A stretch of DNA of 35,814 nt from Candidatus Cloacimonadota bacterium (GTDB taxonomy: Bacteria; Cloacimonadota; Cloacimonadia; Cloacimonadales; TCS61). The notes under the pieces were generated by a model. It was given only the letters and a program-made list of their open reading frames with translations, was not told where the DNA came from and ran no database searches. This document shows, in pieces, positions 14,668-22,544 of this stretch (position 1 is the stretch's first letter; the number at the start of each line of letters is the position of its first letter). Location of the stretch: positions 1 through 35,814 of the forward strand of contig JAGGWC010000105.1 of NCBI GenBank assembly GCA_021157645.1, in the 5' to 3' direction. Position numbers and translations under genes: made by a program.

Positions 14668-15472
14668 AAAATCAAATAATGAGATATTGTTTTTAATAAT
14701 AGGAGCATTGGTAGTTTTAGTAATTATAAAATATCCCTCAATTTTACAGGGAAACAATAATGATTTCAATTATGACAACAATATAAATCAAGATTTTGAA
14801 ATGCAAGAAAAATCATGTAGTGAGTATAGTATTTATAATCAATATGTTAGTGATTTTGGTTTAAGAAATGTAAATGCTTTAAATTCATTATGTGAAAAAA
14901 TATATGCACCAGGAACAACTACAGAATCAGATGAATATAGTTGTTATATAGATGGTGCTGAATATAGTTTTGTATGTCCAGGAACAGATACATGGGATTC
15001 ATTACCTTCTTCAAGTAATTGGAAAATATTTGTAAGTGCATTCGAAAAGAAGTGTGATTCTATGAATGCTAAGTTTATTTGTAGAACTGATTATTTTGGA
15101 TGTATATGTAATAAAATACCTCCTTCTTATGATTATTCTCAAGAAGAAGATAATAATGAAGAACAAAATCAAGAAGAAGTAATTCAATGTGAAGATGTAG
15201 TATTACCTGAATATGGGGATTTAGGTGGAATTTGTAGAGAAAATGGTTATTGTGCTGGTTCAAATGAAGTCTGTGATAGTTATTGGGACTATTTAAATCA
15301 AGTACATAAATGTGGATGTACAGATAAAGCATACTGTGGTCAGTATTGTTATGAATATTTGTGGGATAAATGTGTTTGTCCACCAAACAGTCATGAAGAA
15401 GTTGTAACTAAGAGTACTATAGAATGTGTTCCAGATAATTGTGAATGTAGTGGTTCAGAGGTGATATGCTAA
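14660..15472 (+). CDS. Cys-rich secreted/signal-anchored protein (270 aa)
   Basis: N-terminal anchor ILFLIIGALVVLVII. Many Cys in the ectodomain. Acidic linker EEDNNEEQNQEE. Confidence 0.6.
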   Translation: MAKKSNNEILFLIIGALVVLVIIKYPSILQGNNNDFNYDNNINQDFEMQEKSCSEYSIYNQYVSDFGLRNVNALNSLCEKIYAPGTTTESDEYSCYIDGAEYSFVCPGTDTWDSLPSSSNWKIFVSAFEKKCDSMNAKFICRTDYFGCICNKIPPSYDYSQEEDNNEEQNQEEVIQCEDVVLPEYGDLGGICRENGYCAGSNEVCDSYWDYLNQVHKCGCTDKAYCGQYCYEYLWDKCVCPPNSHEEVVTKSTIECVPDNCECSGSEVIC

Positions 15473-16887
15473 TGGTAAGAAGAAATAAATTAACGAGTCT
15501 TTTGAACAGAAGAATTTCTAAGTCATTTAAATTATGGCATATAATTGCATTTTTATTTGCTATAATAATTATATTTAATAATTATAATGCTACTACTTCT
15601 CAAAGTGCATCTTTAGTAAATATAGGAGGTCAGGATTTTAGATTAGCATATCCTGTTATGAAAGCATATAGATGCGAACCTTCAGGACCTGAACAATCGT
15701 TTTATATTCATTCAGAAGGTAAAAAAATATCAGGGAAGATTTATTGTACTAATTCTGTTTCAGTATCTTCCCAAGATGCTCTAACAACATATAATGGGGA
15801 AAAATATGATGAATTACCAAAAATGCAAAAAGATTCTGGAAAATATTCTATTCCTTACTGTCATGTTTATGTTAAAGCAAATTTAAAAACTGTTGGGACA
15901 TTATCTATTTGGCAATGTGATAAAAATGATAATTGTTATGAATATAAAGGAACATTAAGTAATAATCTCTGGAATGATATTGGAAAGATAGGTCAAACAA
16001 CACCTTATGAGTATATTAAATTCGAAACTGGAGGATTACTTGTTTATCCTGATGTAACATTTAGAGCAGATTATGTTCCTTATGGACTTCATCTATGGTC
16101 TACAACCGCAGGATATGGAATTTTAAAATATCCTACCTGTGATTTATCTTCCTTTTTAGATGAACAAGGTAAATATGATTGGAAAAAAATAGGAGGTTCA
16201 GATGTTGTAAATGGTTATTTAGGTTTTGATAAACAAATAAACATTATTGAATATTGGAATGATGTATCTATAAATTTAAACTCTAAAATGAGACAAAGTG
16301 CATATAATCCTCAAACACAAAGATTATGTTTAGACCATAAGCTATGGACTGTAGATAAATTTGCTAATTATTATTATCCTAAACAAGTAGTTCAGCAGGT
16401 AGATTGTTGTCCTGGAGAAATAGTTGGAACGTTAATGTGTGGTGAAGATTATACTTGGTCTACTACTACAGGTTCTTTAGAGGGACAACCCTGTATGTCA
16501 GATATTGAGATGCCTGATGTTCCTTATTATGGAGAAAATAAAGTAGAGAAATGGCATTGTATAAATGGAAAATGGGAAAGAAATATTGTAGCTGTTGAAT
16601 GTATTGAAAATGCTGATTGTCCAGATAAAGAAGGAATGGTAAAAACATGTATAGATTATGAATGTAGATATAGTCAGAGTGCTGAATATATTAAAACAGA
16701 TACATTAGATTCTATATTTGGAAATTGGAATTTCTTAAAAGGACTTCAAAACTGGTTAAAAGGTATAGGATTAAATCTTGATTTAGGAACTCTAAAATGG
16801 GTTTTCTTATTTGGGATTGCTTTTTTAGTTATAATCTTACTCTCTGGAGGCAGAGGAGGAGGAAGAGCAGTGGTGGTAGCAAGATGA
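15466..16887 (+). CDS. Cys-rich membrane protein with N- and C-terminal hydrophobic segments (473 aa)
   Basis: N-terminal WHIIAFLFAIIIIF. C-terminal WVFLFGIAFLVIILL followed by a GGRGGGR tail. ATG 15472 is an alternative start. Confidence 0.6.
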   Translation: MLMVRRNKLTSLLNRRISKSFKLWHIIAFLFAIIIIFNNYNATTSQSASLVNIGGQDFRLAYPVMKAYRCEPSGPEQSFYIHSEGKKISGKIYCTNSVSVSSQDALTTYNGEKYDELPKMQKDSGKYSIPYCHVYVKANLKTVGTLSIWQCDKNDNCYEYKGTLSNNLWNDIGKIGQTTPYEYIKFETGGLLVYPDVTFRADYVPYGLHLWSTTAGYGILKYPTCDLSSFLDEQGKYDWKKIGGSDVVNGYLGFDKQINIIEYWNDVSINLNSKMRQSAYNPQTQRLCLDHKLWTVDKFANYYYPKQVVQQVDCCPGEIVGTLMCGEDYTWSTTTGSLEGQPCMSDIEMPDVPYYGENKVEKWHCINGKWERNIVAVECIENADCPDKEGMVKTCIDYECRYSQSAEYIKTDTLDSIFGNWNFLKGLQNWLKGIGLNLDLGTLKWVFLFGIAFLVIILLSGGRGGGRAVVVAR

Positions 16888-18422
16888 AAAAAATAATTAT
16901 TTTAGGATTAATATTAGTATTAATAGCACTTCCAACAGTAAATGCTATGACTGTTATTTCTAAAGATGAAATGCAGTTAAGAATATCTCAAACGACTAGT
17001 TTTGTGGATTTTATAAAAGAGTATTTTGGTTTTATGACTACAGGTAGCCAATATCATCCATGGTTATGCGAACATACTACAGGAATAATATATTGTGATG
17101 GTACTGAGAGTTATTGTTTAGCATTCTGTTGTAATAAAGGAGATTATGATGCATGTGATGATTCTGAGAGTTGTACTAGTAATTCAGATTGTGATACAGA
17201 TGAAATTTGTTGGGGAAGCCCTAAAAAATGTGTGGAGTTAGATTGTCCTTCTGGAACTATTCCTGAAAATCATGAATGTGTATCTACATCAACATGTACA
17301 GATTCAGATGGTGGAAAAAACTATAATGAAAAAGGAGTTGTAACAGTTACTTCAAATTCAGGAGAAGTTAAGAAATATGATTATTGTAGTAGTGGAACTA
17401 CCTTAAAGGAAAGATATTGTAGTTCTGGAGAAGCTAAAACTACATCTCATACTTGTCCAGGAAGCTGTTCAGATGGAAAATGTATTTCTAGTGGTGGTTC
17501 AGGAACATGTACAGACTCAGATGGTGGTTTAGATTATTCTATGAAAGGAACATGTGTAGATGATGCAGGTTCAAATACAGATTATTGTGATGGAGATACT
17601 TTAAAGGAGATGTATTGTGATAGTCATCCATATACTGGTGATAATGTATGTTATGTTTCGTCTTATTCTTGTCCTGGTGGTTGTCAAGATGGAAGATGTA
17701 TAACTAGTAGTTCTCCAGAAGTGACTATTTTATACCCTGAGAATGGAAAGGATTTCCAAACTTCAGCTTCAAAATTAGATAAAGTAATATTGAAAGTTAA
17801 TGTTAAGGATACTGATGGAGATAAAATGACTGTTGAATTTCTAATTAAAAAAGATAATGTTGGTTATTTAGCATCTACTAAAACAGGAGTAAGTAATGGA
17901 GAAGTTACAGCTACAATTATAAATATTCCTCCAGCTAGATATGATTGGGAAGTAAATGTAGATGATGGAGAAACTACAACTACAAAATCAAGTTATTTTA
18001 CAGTATCTACAAATATGGGTGGAGAACAGAATGGTACTTCAGGAGATGAAACAGATTCAGATGGAGATGGAATACCTGATGATATAGATGACTTCCCATT
18101 TGATGGAGATAATGATGGCATTCCAGATGACCAAGATGTATATGACAACACTTGGAATTATTCTATTGGAGATGAAAATACTGAAATAGGAAATTCTTCA
18201 GCCTCTGGAACTTTTTGGGTTGTAAAATCTTCAGGAGGTACGAAAGAATGTATAGAAGTAAGTAAGGCGGAATATCCTACAGGATATGTGAGTAAAGAAG
18301 CATGTTTATCTGCAATTAAAGAAGATACAGAATATGTATCTCCAATAGATATTAAGGATATACCTATATGGGTTTGGGGAGTATTAGGAGTAATTGTCCT
18401 TTTAATAATAATTAGAAGATAA
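16884..18422 (+). CDS. secreted Cys-rich protein: 2 x CTDSDGG-type domain, Ig-like domain, TSP3-like Ca-binding Asp repeats, C-terminal anchor (512 aa)
   Basis: ATGA-coupled ATG 16884 gives the signal peptide MKKIIILGLILVLIALPTVNA (listed start 16797 overlaps the upstream gene). A duplicated ~71-aa domain starts at nt ~17293 and ~17505. DSDGDGIPDDIDDFPFDGDNDGIPDDQD at ~18046-18140. C-terminus is IPIWVWGVLGVIVLLIIIRR. Confidence 0.7.
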   Translation: MKKIIILGLILVLIALPTVNAMTVISKDEMQLRISQTTSFVDFIKEYFGFMTTGSQYHPWLCEHTTGIIYCDGTESYCLAFCCNKGDYDACDDSESCTSNSDCDTDEICWGSPKKCVELDCPSGTIPENHECVSTSTCTDSDGGKNYNEKGVVTVTSNSGEVKKYDYCSSGTTLKERYCSSGEAKTTSHTCPGSCSDGKCISSGGSGTCTDSDGGLDYSMKGTCVDDAGSNTDYCDGDTLKEMYCDSHPYTGDNVCYVSSYSCPGGCQDGRCITSSSPEVTILYPENGKDFQTSASKLDKVILKVNVKDTDGDKMTVEFLIKKDNVGYLASTKTGVSNGEVTATIINIPPARYDWEVNVDDGETTTTKSSYFTVSTNMGGEQNGTSGDETDSDGDGIPDDIDDFPFDGDNDGIPDDQDVYDNTWNYSIGDENTEIGNSSASGTFWVVKSSGGTKECIEVSKAEYPTGYVSKEACLSAIKEDTEYVSPIDIKDIPIWVWGVLGVIVLLIIIRR

Positions 18423-20641
18423 TGAGAAGAAAGACAGAAATAAAATGGTGGCATGTAGTCTTAGCAATAGTTATACTTCTTTTTATGGGAAACAGATATG
18501 GATTATTTACTTTTGGATATACTCCATCAAGTGCTTCTTTTGTTCAATATGCAGGAGAGTTACATATACAATATGCTAGTTGGTGGGATGATAATAGATT
18601 TAATTCAGATACTACAGTCGAAATCGGAGATTATAAATTTGAAACTATAAAATATGACCAATTTTTAAGAGGATATTGTGATTCAACAGATGCTCCAGTA
18701 CAATATTGTCATGTAGTTAATAATGGTGGGAATCATCTGTATACTAATGGAATGCAATGTACTTTATTAAGTAATTATACAGATGAACATGGTTGTGAAG
18801 TTAAAGAATATCACTGTAAGTATTATTCCTGGTCTAATAATTGTGCTAGATATGGTGCAGGGTCACATACTACTTCATGTAATTGTTTAGGGCAAGTACC
18901 AAATTTTCATCACATGCCTACTAGAGATGCAGAATCAGACTATATTAAAGGAGGATATACAGAGTCTTATACAGATTCAGGAGGACATATAAATTATGGC
19001 TGTTCATATGTAATTAAAGTTTATAAAAATAATGAATTAATAGATACTATAGGTCATGCTACAGGAAATGCAGCAAATATGACTGGAAGTTCACAAAGAG
19101 ATTATGAGTATATTCATGCGGAATTTGGAGAACAGAAATGGTATAATTATCACGAATGTAATTCTATTCTAAATAGATTTACAGTAAAAGTTCCAAATGA
19201 TGCATTTAATATCTCTATTTCAACTCCAGAAGAGTATTACATACAAGGAGATGATGCTGTAAGCACAATTAAGATAATAAATAATTGGAAACCTGTAACT
19301 TCAAGGGTAGCTATAAAAGTATGCCAACCTACCTTTGGTTCAAAACATTGTGAGATTTATTCTCAAAAAAAAGAGTTGGTTTTAGGAGAGAACAATATTA
19401 ATTATTCAGTACCAACAAGACATACAGCAGAAAAATTAGAAATAACTCCTACTGTCGAAGTATATCTTAATTTAAATACTTTTAATTTAAATGGATTAAA
19501 TGTTGAAGCATGTAAGGTTAAGAATGATAATTTAAATGCTTATTGTGATAAAAGCAATATAGGAAGTGGATTAATAAAGGTTGACAAAGCAAAAGCAGCA
19601 GGGTATGTATTATATACTATTGGTTCAGTTACTACAAATACTACAATTGTAAAAGTATATCCTAAAGAATATGAAGAATTGTTAGAAGCAAATCAAACAA
19701 TTCTTACTTTAAATCAATCCTTAGAAGAACAAGTTGCTATAATTAAACAATTAAATGCTTCAATACAGTACAAAGCAGAAATAATTCAGAATTTAACAGA
19801 TAATTTAGCAGTTCAAGCAGAATATATTCAAGAATTAACAAATAGAGCAGATGAACAGGCTCAATATATTGACCAATTAACAGATAATATAGATGAGCAA
19901 AGAGTGTTAATAGAACAATTGACACAAGAAAGAGACCAACAACAAGCAATCATAGACCAATTAAATCTTAATATTAATGAAAAAGTAGAGTTGATACGGA
20001 GTCTTAATGCTACTATTGAAGAACAAGATGAAATGATTGCTCATTTAAGTACAACCTTACAAGAAAAAATAGAATTAATAAATCAATTAACAGCTACAAA
20101 TGAAGAACAAGCAAGATTAATAAGATTAATGAATCTAAGCTTTGCAAATGAATCTTATATTATAGACCAATTAAACAATAAAATAGAAGATGACGCAGCA
20201 GTAATTGGTAATCTTACAGATTCTCTTTCACATCAGGCAGAAATTATTAAAAATATGAATAGAACATTACAAGAAGATGCAATATTAATTCAACAACTAA
20301 CTGACAGTAATGCTAGACAAGCAGAAATAATAAAGAAACTTAATCTTACTGTAGCTGAACAAGCAGAAATAATAAATAATATGAATCTCAATCTTGAAGA
20401 ACAGGCTCAAATAATTAAAGACCTTAGATTAAAAGTAGACGAAGAACAGGAATTAGTAAATAACTTAAATTTAACTGTACAGCAACAACAGCAATTGATA
20501 GAATTATTAAAGAATACTGAGCCAGACCCAATACCACAAGAAGATAATGGCTTCAAGATTCCGAAAGATATTGGAGGAATTCCAACATGGGTAATAATAA
20601 TTGGAGGTGTAATATTCTTATTAATAATAAGAAGACTGTAA
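18422..20641 (+). CDS. spike/fibre-like protein: signal anchor, Cys-rich head, ~280-aa coiled-coil stalk, C-terminal anchor (739 aa)
   Basis: TAATG overlap with the upstream gene. N-terminal WWHVVLAIVILLFMG. 14-residue repeats cover the C-terminal third. C-terminus is IPTWVIIIGGVIFLLIIRRL. Confidence 0.7.
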   Translation: MRRKTEIKWWHVVLAIVILLFMGNRYGLFTFGYTPSSASFVQYAGELHIQYASWWDDNRFNSDTTVEIGDYKFETIKYDQFLRGYCDSTDAPVQYCHVVNNGGNHLYTNGMQCTLLSNYTDEHGCEVKEYHCKYYSWSNNCARYGAGSHTTSCNCLGQVPNFHHMPTRDAESDYIKGGYTESYTDSGGHINYGCSYVIKVYKNNELIDTIGHATGNAANMTGSSQRDYEYIHAEFGEQKWYNYHECNSILNRFTVKVPNDAFNISISTPEEYYIQGDDAVSTIKIINNWKPVTSRVAIKVCQPTFGSKHCEIYSQKKELVLGENNINYSVPTRHTAEKLEITPTVEVYLNLNTFNLNGLNVEACKVKNDNLNAYCDKSNIGSGLIKVDKAKAAGYVLYTIGSVTTNTTIVKVYPKEYEELLEANQTILTLNQSLEEQVAIIKQLNASIQYKAEIIQNLTDNLAVQAEYIQELTNRADEQAQYIDQLTDNIDEQRVLIEQLTQERDQQQAIIDQLNLNINEKVELIRSLNATIEEQDEMIAHLSTTLQEKIELINQLTATNEEQARLIRLMNLSFANESYIIDQLNNKIEDDAAVIGNLTDSLSHQAEIIKNMNRTLQEDAILIQQLTDSNARQAEIIKKLNLTVAEQAEIINNMNLNLEEQAQIIKDLRLKVDEEQELVNNLNLTVQQQQQLIELLKNTEPDPIPQEDNGFKIPKDIGGIPTWVIIIGGVIFLLIIRRL
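19688..20527 (+). repeat. 20 x 42-nt (14-aa) in-register coding repeat, consensus QAEIIxQL(N/T)xxxxE
   Basis: Hand alignment from ANQTILTLNQSLEE to QQQLIELLKNTEPD needs no indel. Confidence 0.8.
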
Positions 20642-20642
20642 A

Positions 20643-20786
20643 ATGGCAATGGAAATATTCGCAAAGATAGGATTAATTTCAAGTAAAATAATAGAATTGT
20701 TATCAGTGAATACAGGACAATCTAAAGACACAATTGTAGGCGTACTGGTGATATTAGTAATATTGTTTTATTGGTTAAAGAGGTAA
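20643..20786 (+). CDS. 47-aa tail-anchored micro-protein, not in ORF track
   Basis: MAMEIFAKIGLISSKIIELLSVNTGQSKDTIVGVLVILVILFYWLKR. Starts 2 nt after the upstream stop. Confidence 0.4.
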   Translation: MAMEIFAKIGLISSKIIELLSVNTGQSKDTIVGVLVILVILFYWLKR

Positions 20787-20788
20787 AA

Positions 20789-20920
20789 ATGGTATTAAGA
20801 AGAAGACCCAGAAGTGGGTATGGTTTAAAGGATGGAAGTAGAAGAGGTCTAAAAAATGGAGGAAGAGGTAGAAATAAGACATCTAAATGCAGACATCCTA
20901 GTAAAAAAAGAAGATGGTAA
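20789..20920 (+). CDS. 43-aa highly basic Arg/Gly-rich micro-protein, not in ORF track
   Basis: AGAGGTAAAAATGG cassette. MVLRRRPRSGYGLKDGSRRGLKNGGRGRNKTSKCRHPSKKRRW (17 K/R of 43). Confidence 0.5.
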   Translation: MVLRRRPRSGYGLKDGSRRGLKNGGRGRNKTSKCRHPSKKRRW

Positions 20921-21516
20921 AATATGTAAAAAGAAAATATATTTCAAAAACAAATGTAAGGTCTCATTATAGAAGAATTAATGGAAGAGAAATAAGAGTC
21001 AGACCTTATGAAAGAAGAGTTAAGAGAGCGGAATATGGATATTTACCTAGAAGTATGACAAATAAAGAGTATAAACGAATATTCTCACCTAATGCCGATG
21101 CAGATGAAGATGGTATTAGAAACTGGGATGATTGTAGACCTTTTGATAATTCTAAACAAGATTCACAATTTCTAGTTTCAATTCCATTTTTATATTCTTT
21201 AGATGTAGAAGCTAAAGATGAGTTAGAAGCTGAAAGAAGAGCAATTGAAATTTTAGAGAGTGAAGTTGATTCTTTTAGTTCTAATGGAAGTATAGAAGAT
21301 ATTACTTTTTCAGGATTACCTAATGATTTTGAAAAAGTAGAGGAAGGAAAATGGTCTGTAATCCTTAAAGGAAAGTATATAGATTATGTTACTGCTGGGA
21401 CGGCTGAAGAAGCTGAAGAAATAGCTGAAGAAGAAATATATAAAGATATAGGTGTAAACGGAACTATTACTGAAATAGATTATAGTGATATTGAAGTTCA
21501 AGAAATTAATGAATAA
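20914..21516 (+). CDS. bipartite protein: basic N-terminal ~55 aa, acidic C-terminal domain (200 aa)
   Basis: MVKYVKRKYISKTNVRSHYRRINGREIRVRPYERRVKR..., then DADEDGIRNWDDCRPFD, then a Glu-rich domain. Confidence 0.6.
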   Translation: MVKYVKRKYISKTNVRSHYRRINGREIRVRPYERRVKRAEYGYLPRSMTNKEYKRIFSPNADADEDGIRNWDDCRPFDNSKQDSQFLVSIPFLYSLDVEAKDELEAERRAIEILESEVDSFSSNGSIEDITFSGLPNDFEKVEEGKWSVILKGKYIDYVTAGTAEEAEEIAEEEIYKDIGVNGTITEIDYSDIEVQEINE

Positions 21517-21519
21517 AAA

Positions 21520-21666
21520 ATGGTAATCAAAAAGACAAGTAAAGGGTATATACTGTTCAGCAAAAGCAAACCAAGAAGAAAATTAGGAGGACCATATAAA
21601 AGAAAATCAGATGCCTTAAAACGAGAAAGGCAGGTACAATTTTTCAAACATCATAAGAAGAGGTAA
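21520..21666 (+). CDS. 48-aa basic micro-protein, not in ORF track
   Basis: MVIKKTSKGYILFSKSKPRRKLGGPYKRKSDALKRERQVQFFKHHKKR. Confidence 0.45.
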   Translation: MVIKKTSKGYILFSKSKPRRKLGGPYKRKSDALKRERQVQFFKHHKKR

Positions 21667-21668
21667 AA

Positions 21669-21839
21669 ATGGTAAGAAAAGCAAAATCAGGACAATATAG
21701 AACCATAGTTCCTAAAAAAGGAGTATATATACATGTTAAGAAAACAAAAAAAGGAAAAATGGTTGCAACTAAATTAAGAAGAACTAAAGCTCATGCAAGA
21801 AGAACTCGAAAACCAAGAGTTCAAAAAATAAGGAAATAA
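21669..21839 (+). CDS. 56-aa basic micro-protein, not in ORF track
   Basis: AGAGGTAAAAATGG cassette. MVRKAKSGQYRTIVPKKGVYIHVKKTKKGKMVATKLRRTKAHARRTRKPRVQKIRK. Confidence 0.45.
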   Translation: MVRKAKSGQYRTIVPKKGVYIHVKKTKKGKMVATKLRRTKAHARRTRKPRVQKIRK

Positions 21840-21861
21840 TGCTCTTTTGAGGTGATAAAAA

Positions 21862-21933
21862 ATGGTAAAAAGAAGAAGAAAAACCAAAACTACTAAAAAG
21901 AGAAAGACAACAAGAAGAAAACGAAAGAGATAA
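21862..21933 (+). CDS. 23-aa protamine-like peptide, not in ORF track
   Basis: GAGGTGA SD at 21849-21855. MVKRRRKTKTTKKRKTTRRKRKR (16 K/R of 23, no acidic residue). Confidence 0.4.
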   Translation: MVKRRRKTKTTKKRKTTRRKRKR

Positions 21934-21952
21934 AAAGAATAAACGCTTAAAT

Positions 21953-21962
21953 AAGGAGGTGA
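21953..21962 (+). promoter_or_regulatory. near-perfect Shine-Dalgarno AAGGAGGTGA
   Basis: Lies 4 nt upstream of ATG 21967. Same sequence as at 13639-13648. Confidence 0.6.
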
Positions 21963-21966
21963 AAAA

Positions 21967-22173
21967 ATGTTAAGATTTGATGTAAACAAAATGAGAACTA
22001 TGACCACAGCAGTATTTGCATTGCTTTTTTGGGAATATGGTTTACGAAGATTACTAAATATTGATTTCTTTAACTTAAGTAACATGCTGGTCTACGGTAA
22101 CTTTAATGCTGGAGTACTTTTAGCATTATTAGGTGGTCTAGGTGCATATTGGATGTACAAGAGGTTGATATAA
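21967..22173 (+). CDS. 68-aa two-TM protein
   Basis: Perfect SD. Hydrophobic TTAVFALLFWEY and AGVLLALLGGLGAYWMY. Confidence 0.6.
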   Translation: MLRFDVNKMRTMTTAVFALLFWEYGLRRLLNIDFFNLSNMLVYGNFNAGVLLALLGGLGAYWMYKRLI

Positions 22174-22174
22174 A

Positions 22175-22525
22175 ATGCAAAACGTAAGAGAGACACTATT
22201 TGGTAGAATGAATGTAGCTAGTATATTTGGGGCAGTGTTATTAGCGATATTTTTGATAGCATTGGCACAAAAATTTATAGGTAAATACTTTATAAATTTT
22301 GGTACAGTAATATCTTTTGCATTTATATTGATAATAACATATGCAGCAATGGTATATGTAAGGTCATATGGACTTGGTGTTGAAAAAGGAGTAAAAGTAC
22401 AATATGGTGGATTAATAGTGATAATTGTATTGTTTGTAATATTATACCTTATGAGATACCAATTTGGCTGGCTACAAGAAGATTTTACAATAGTAAACCA
22501 AGCATTTAGTTTATTAGGAGTATAA
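22175..22525 (+). CDS. 116-aa three-TM protein
   Basis: ORF track. ATG 1 nt after the upstream stop. Confidence 0.6.
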   Translation: MQNVRETLFGRMNVASIFGAVLLAIFLIALAQKFIGKYFINFGTVISFAFILIITYAAMVYVRSYGLGVEKGVKVQYGGLIVIIVLFVILYLMRYQFGWLQEDFTIVNQAFSLLGV

Positions 22526-22544
22526 ATAAGGACTTTAAATAATA

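Noticed and set aside
16797-16883. Upstream-extended starts in the ORF track (16797, 7941, 3561, 4563, 5514, 8602, 9144, 13645)
   Set aside because: These extensions overlap the preceding gene, several use GTG/TTG, and they bury clear signal peptides or SD-ATG pairs. The internal ATGs at 16884, 8031, 3630, 4584, 5574, 8623, 9153 and 13657 fit the element-wide pattern of stop-start coupling.
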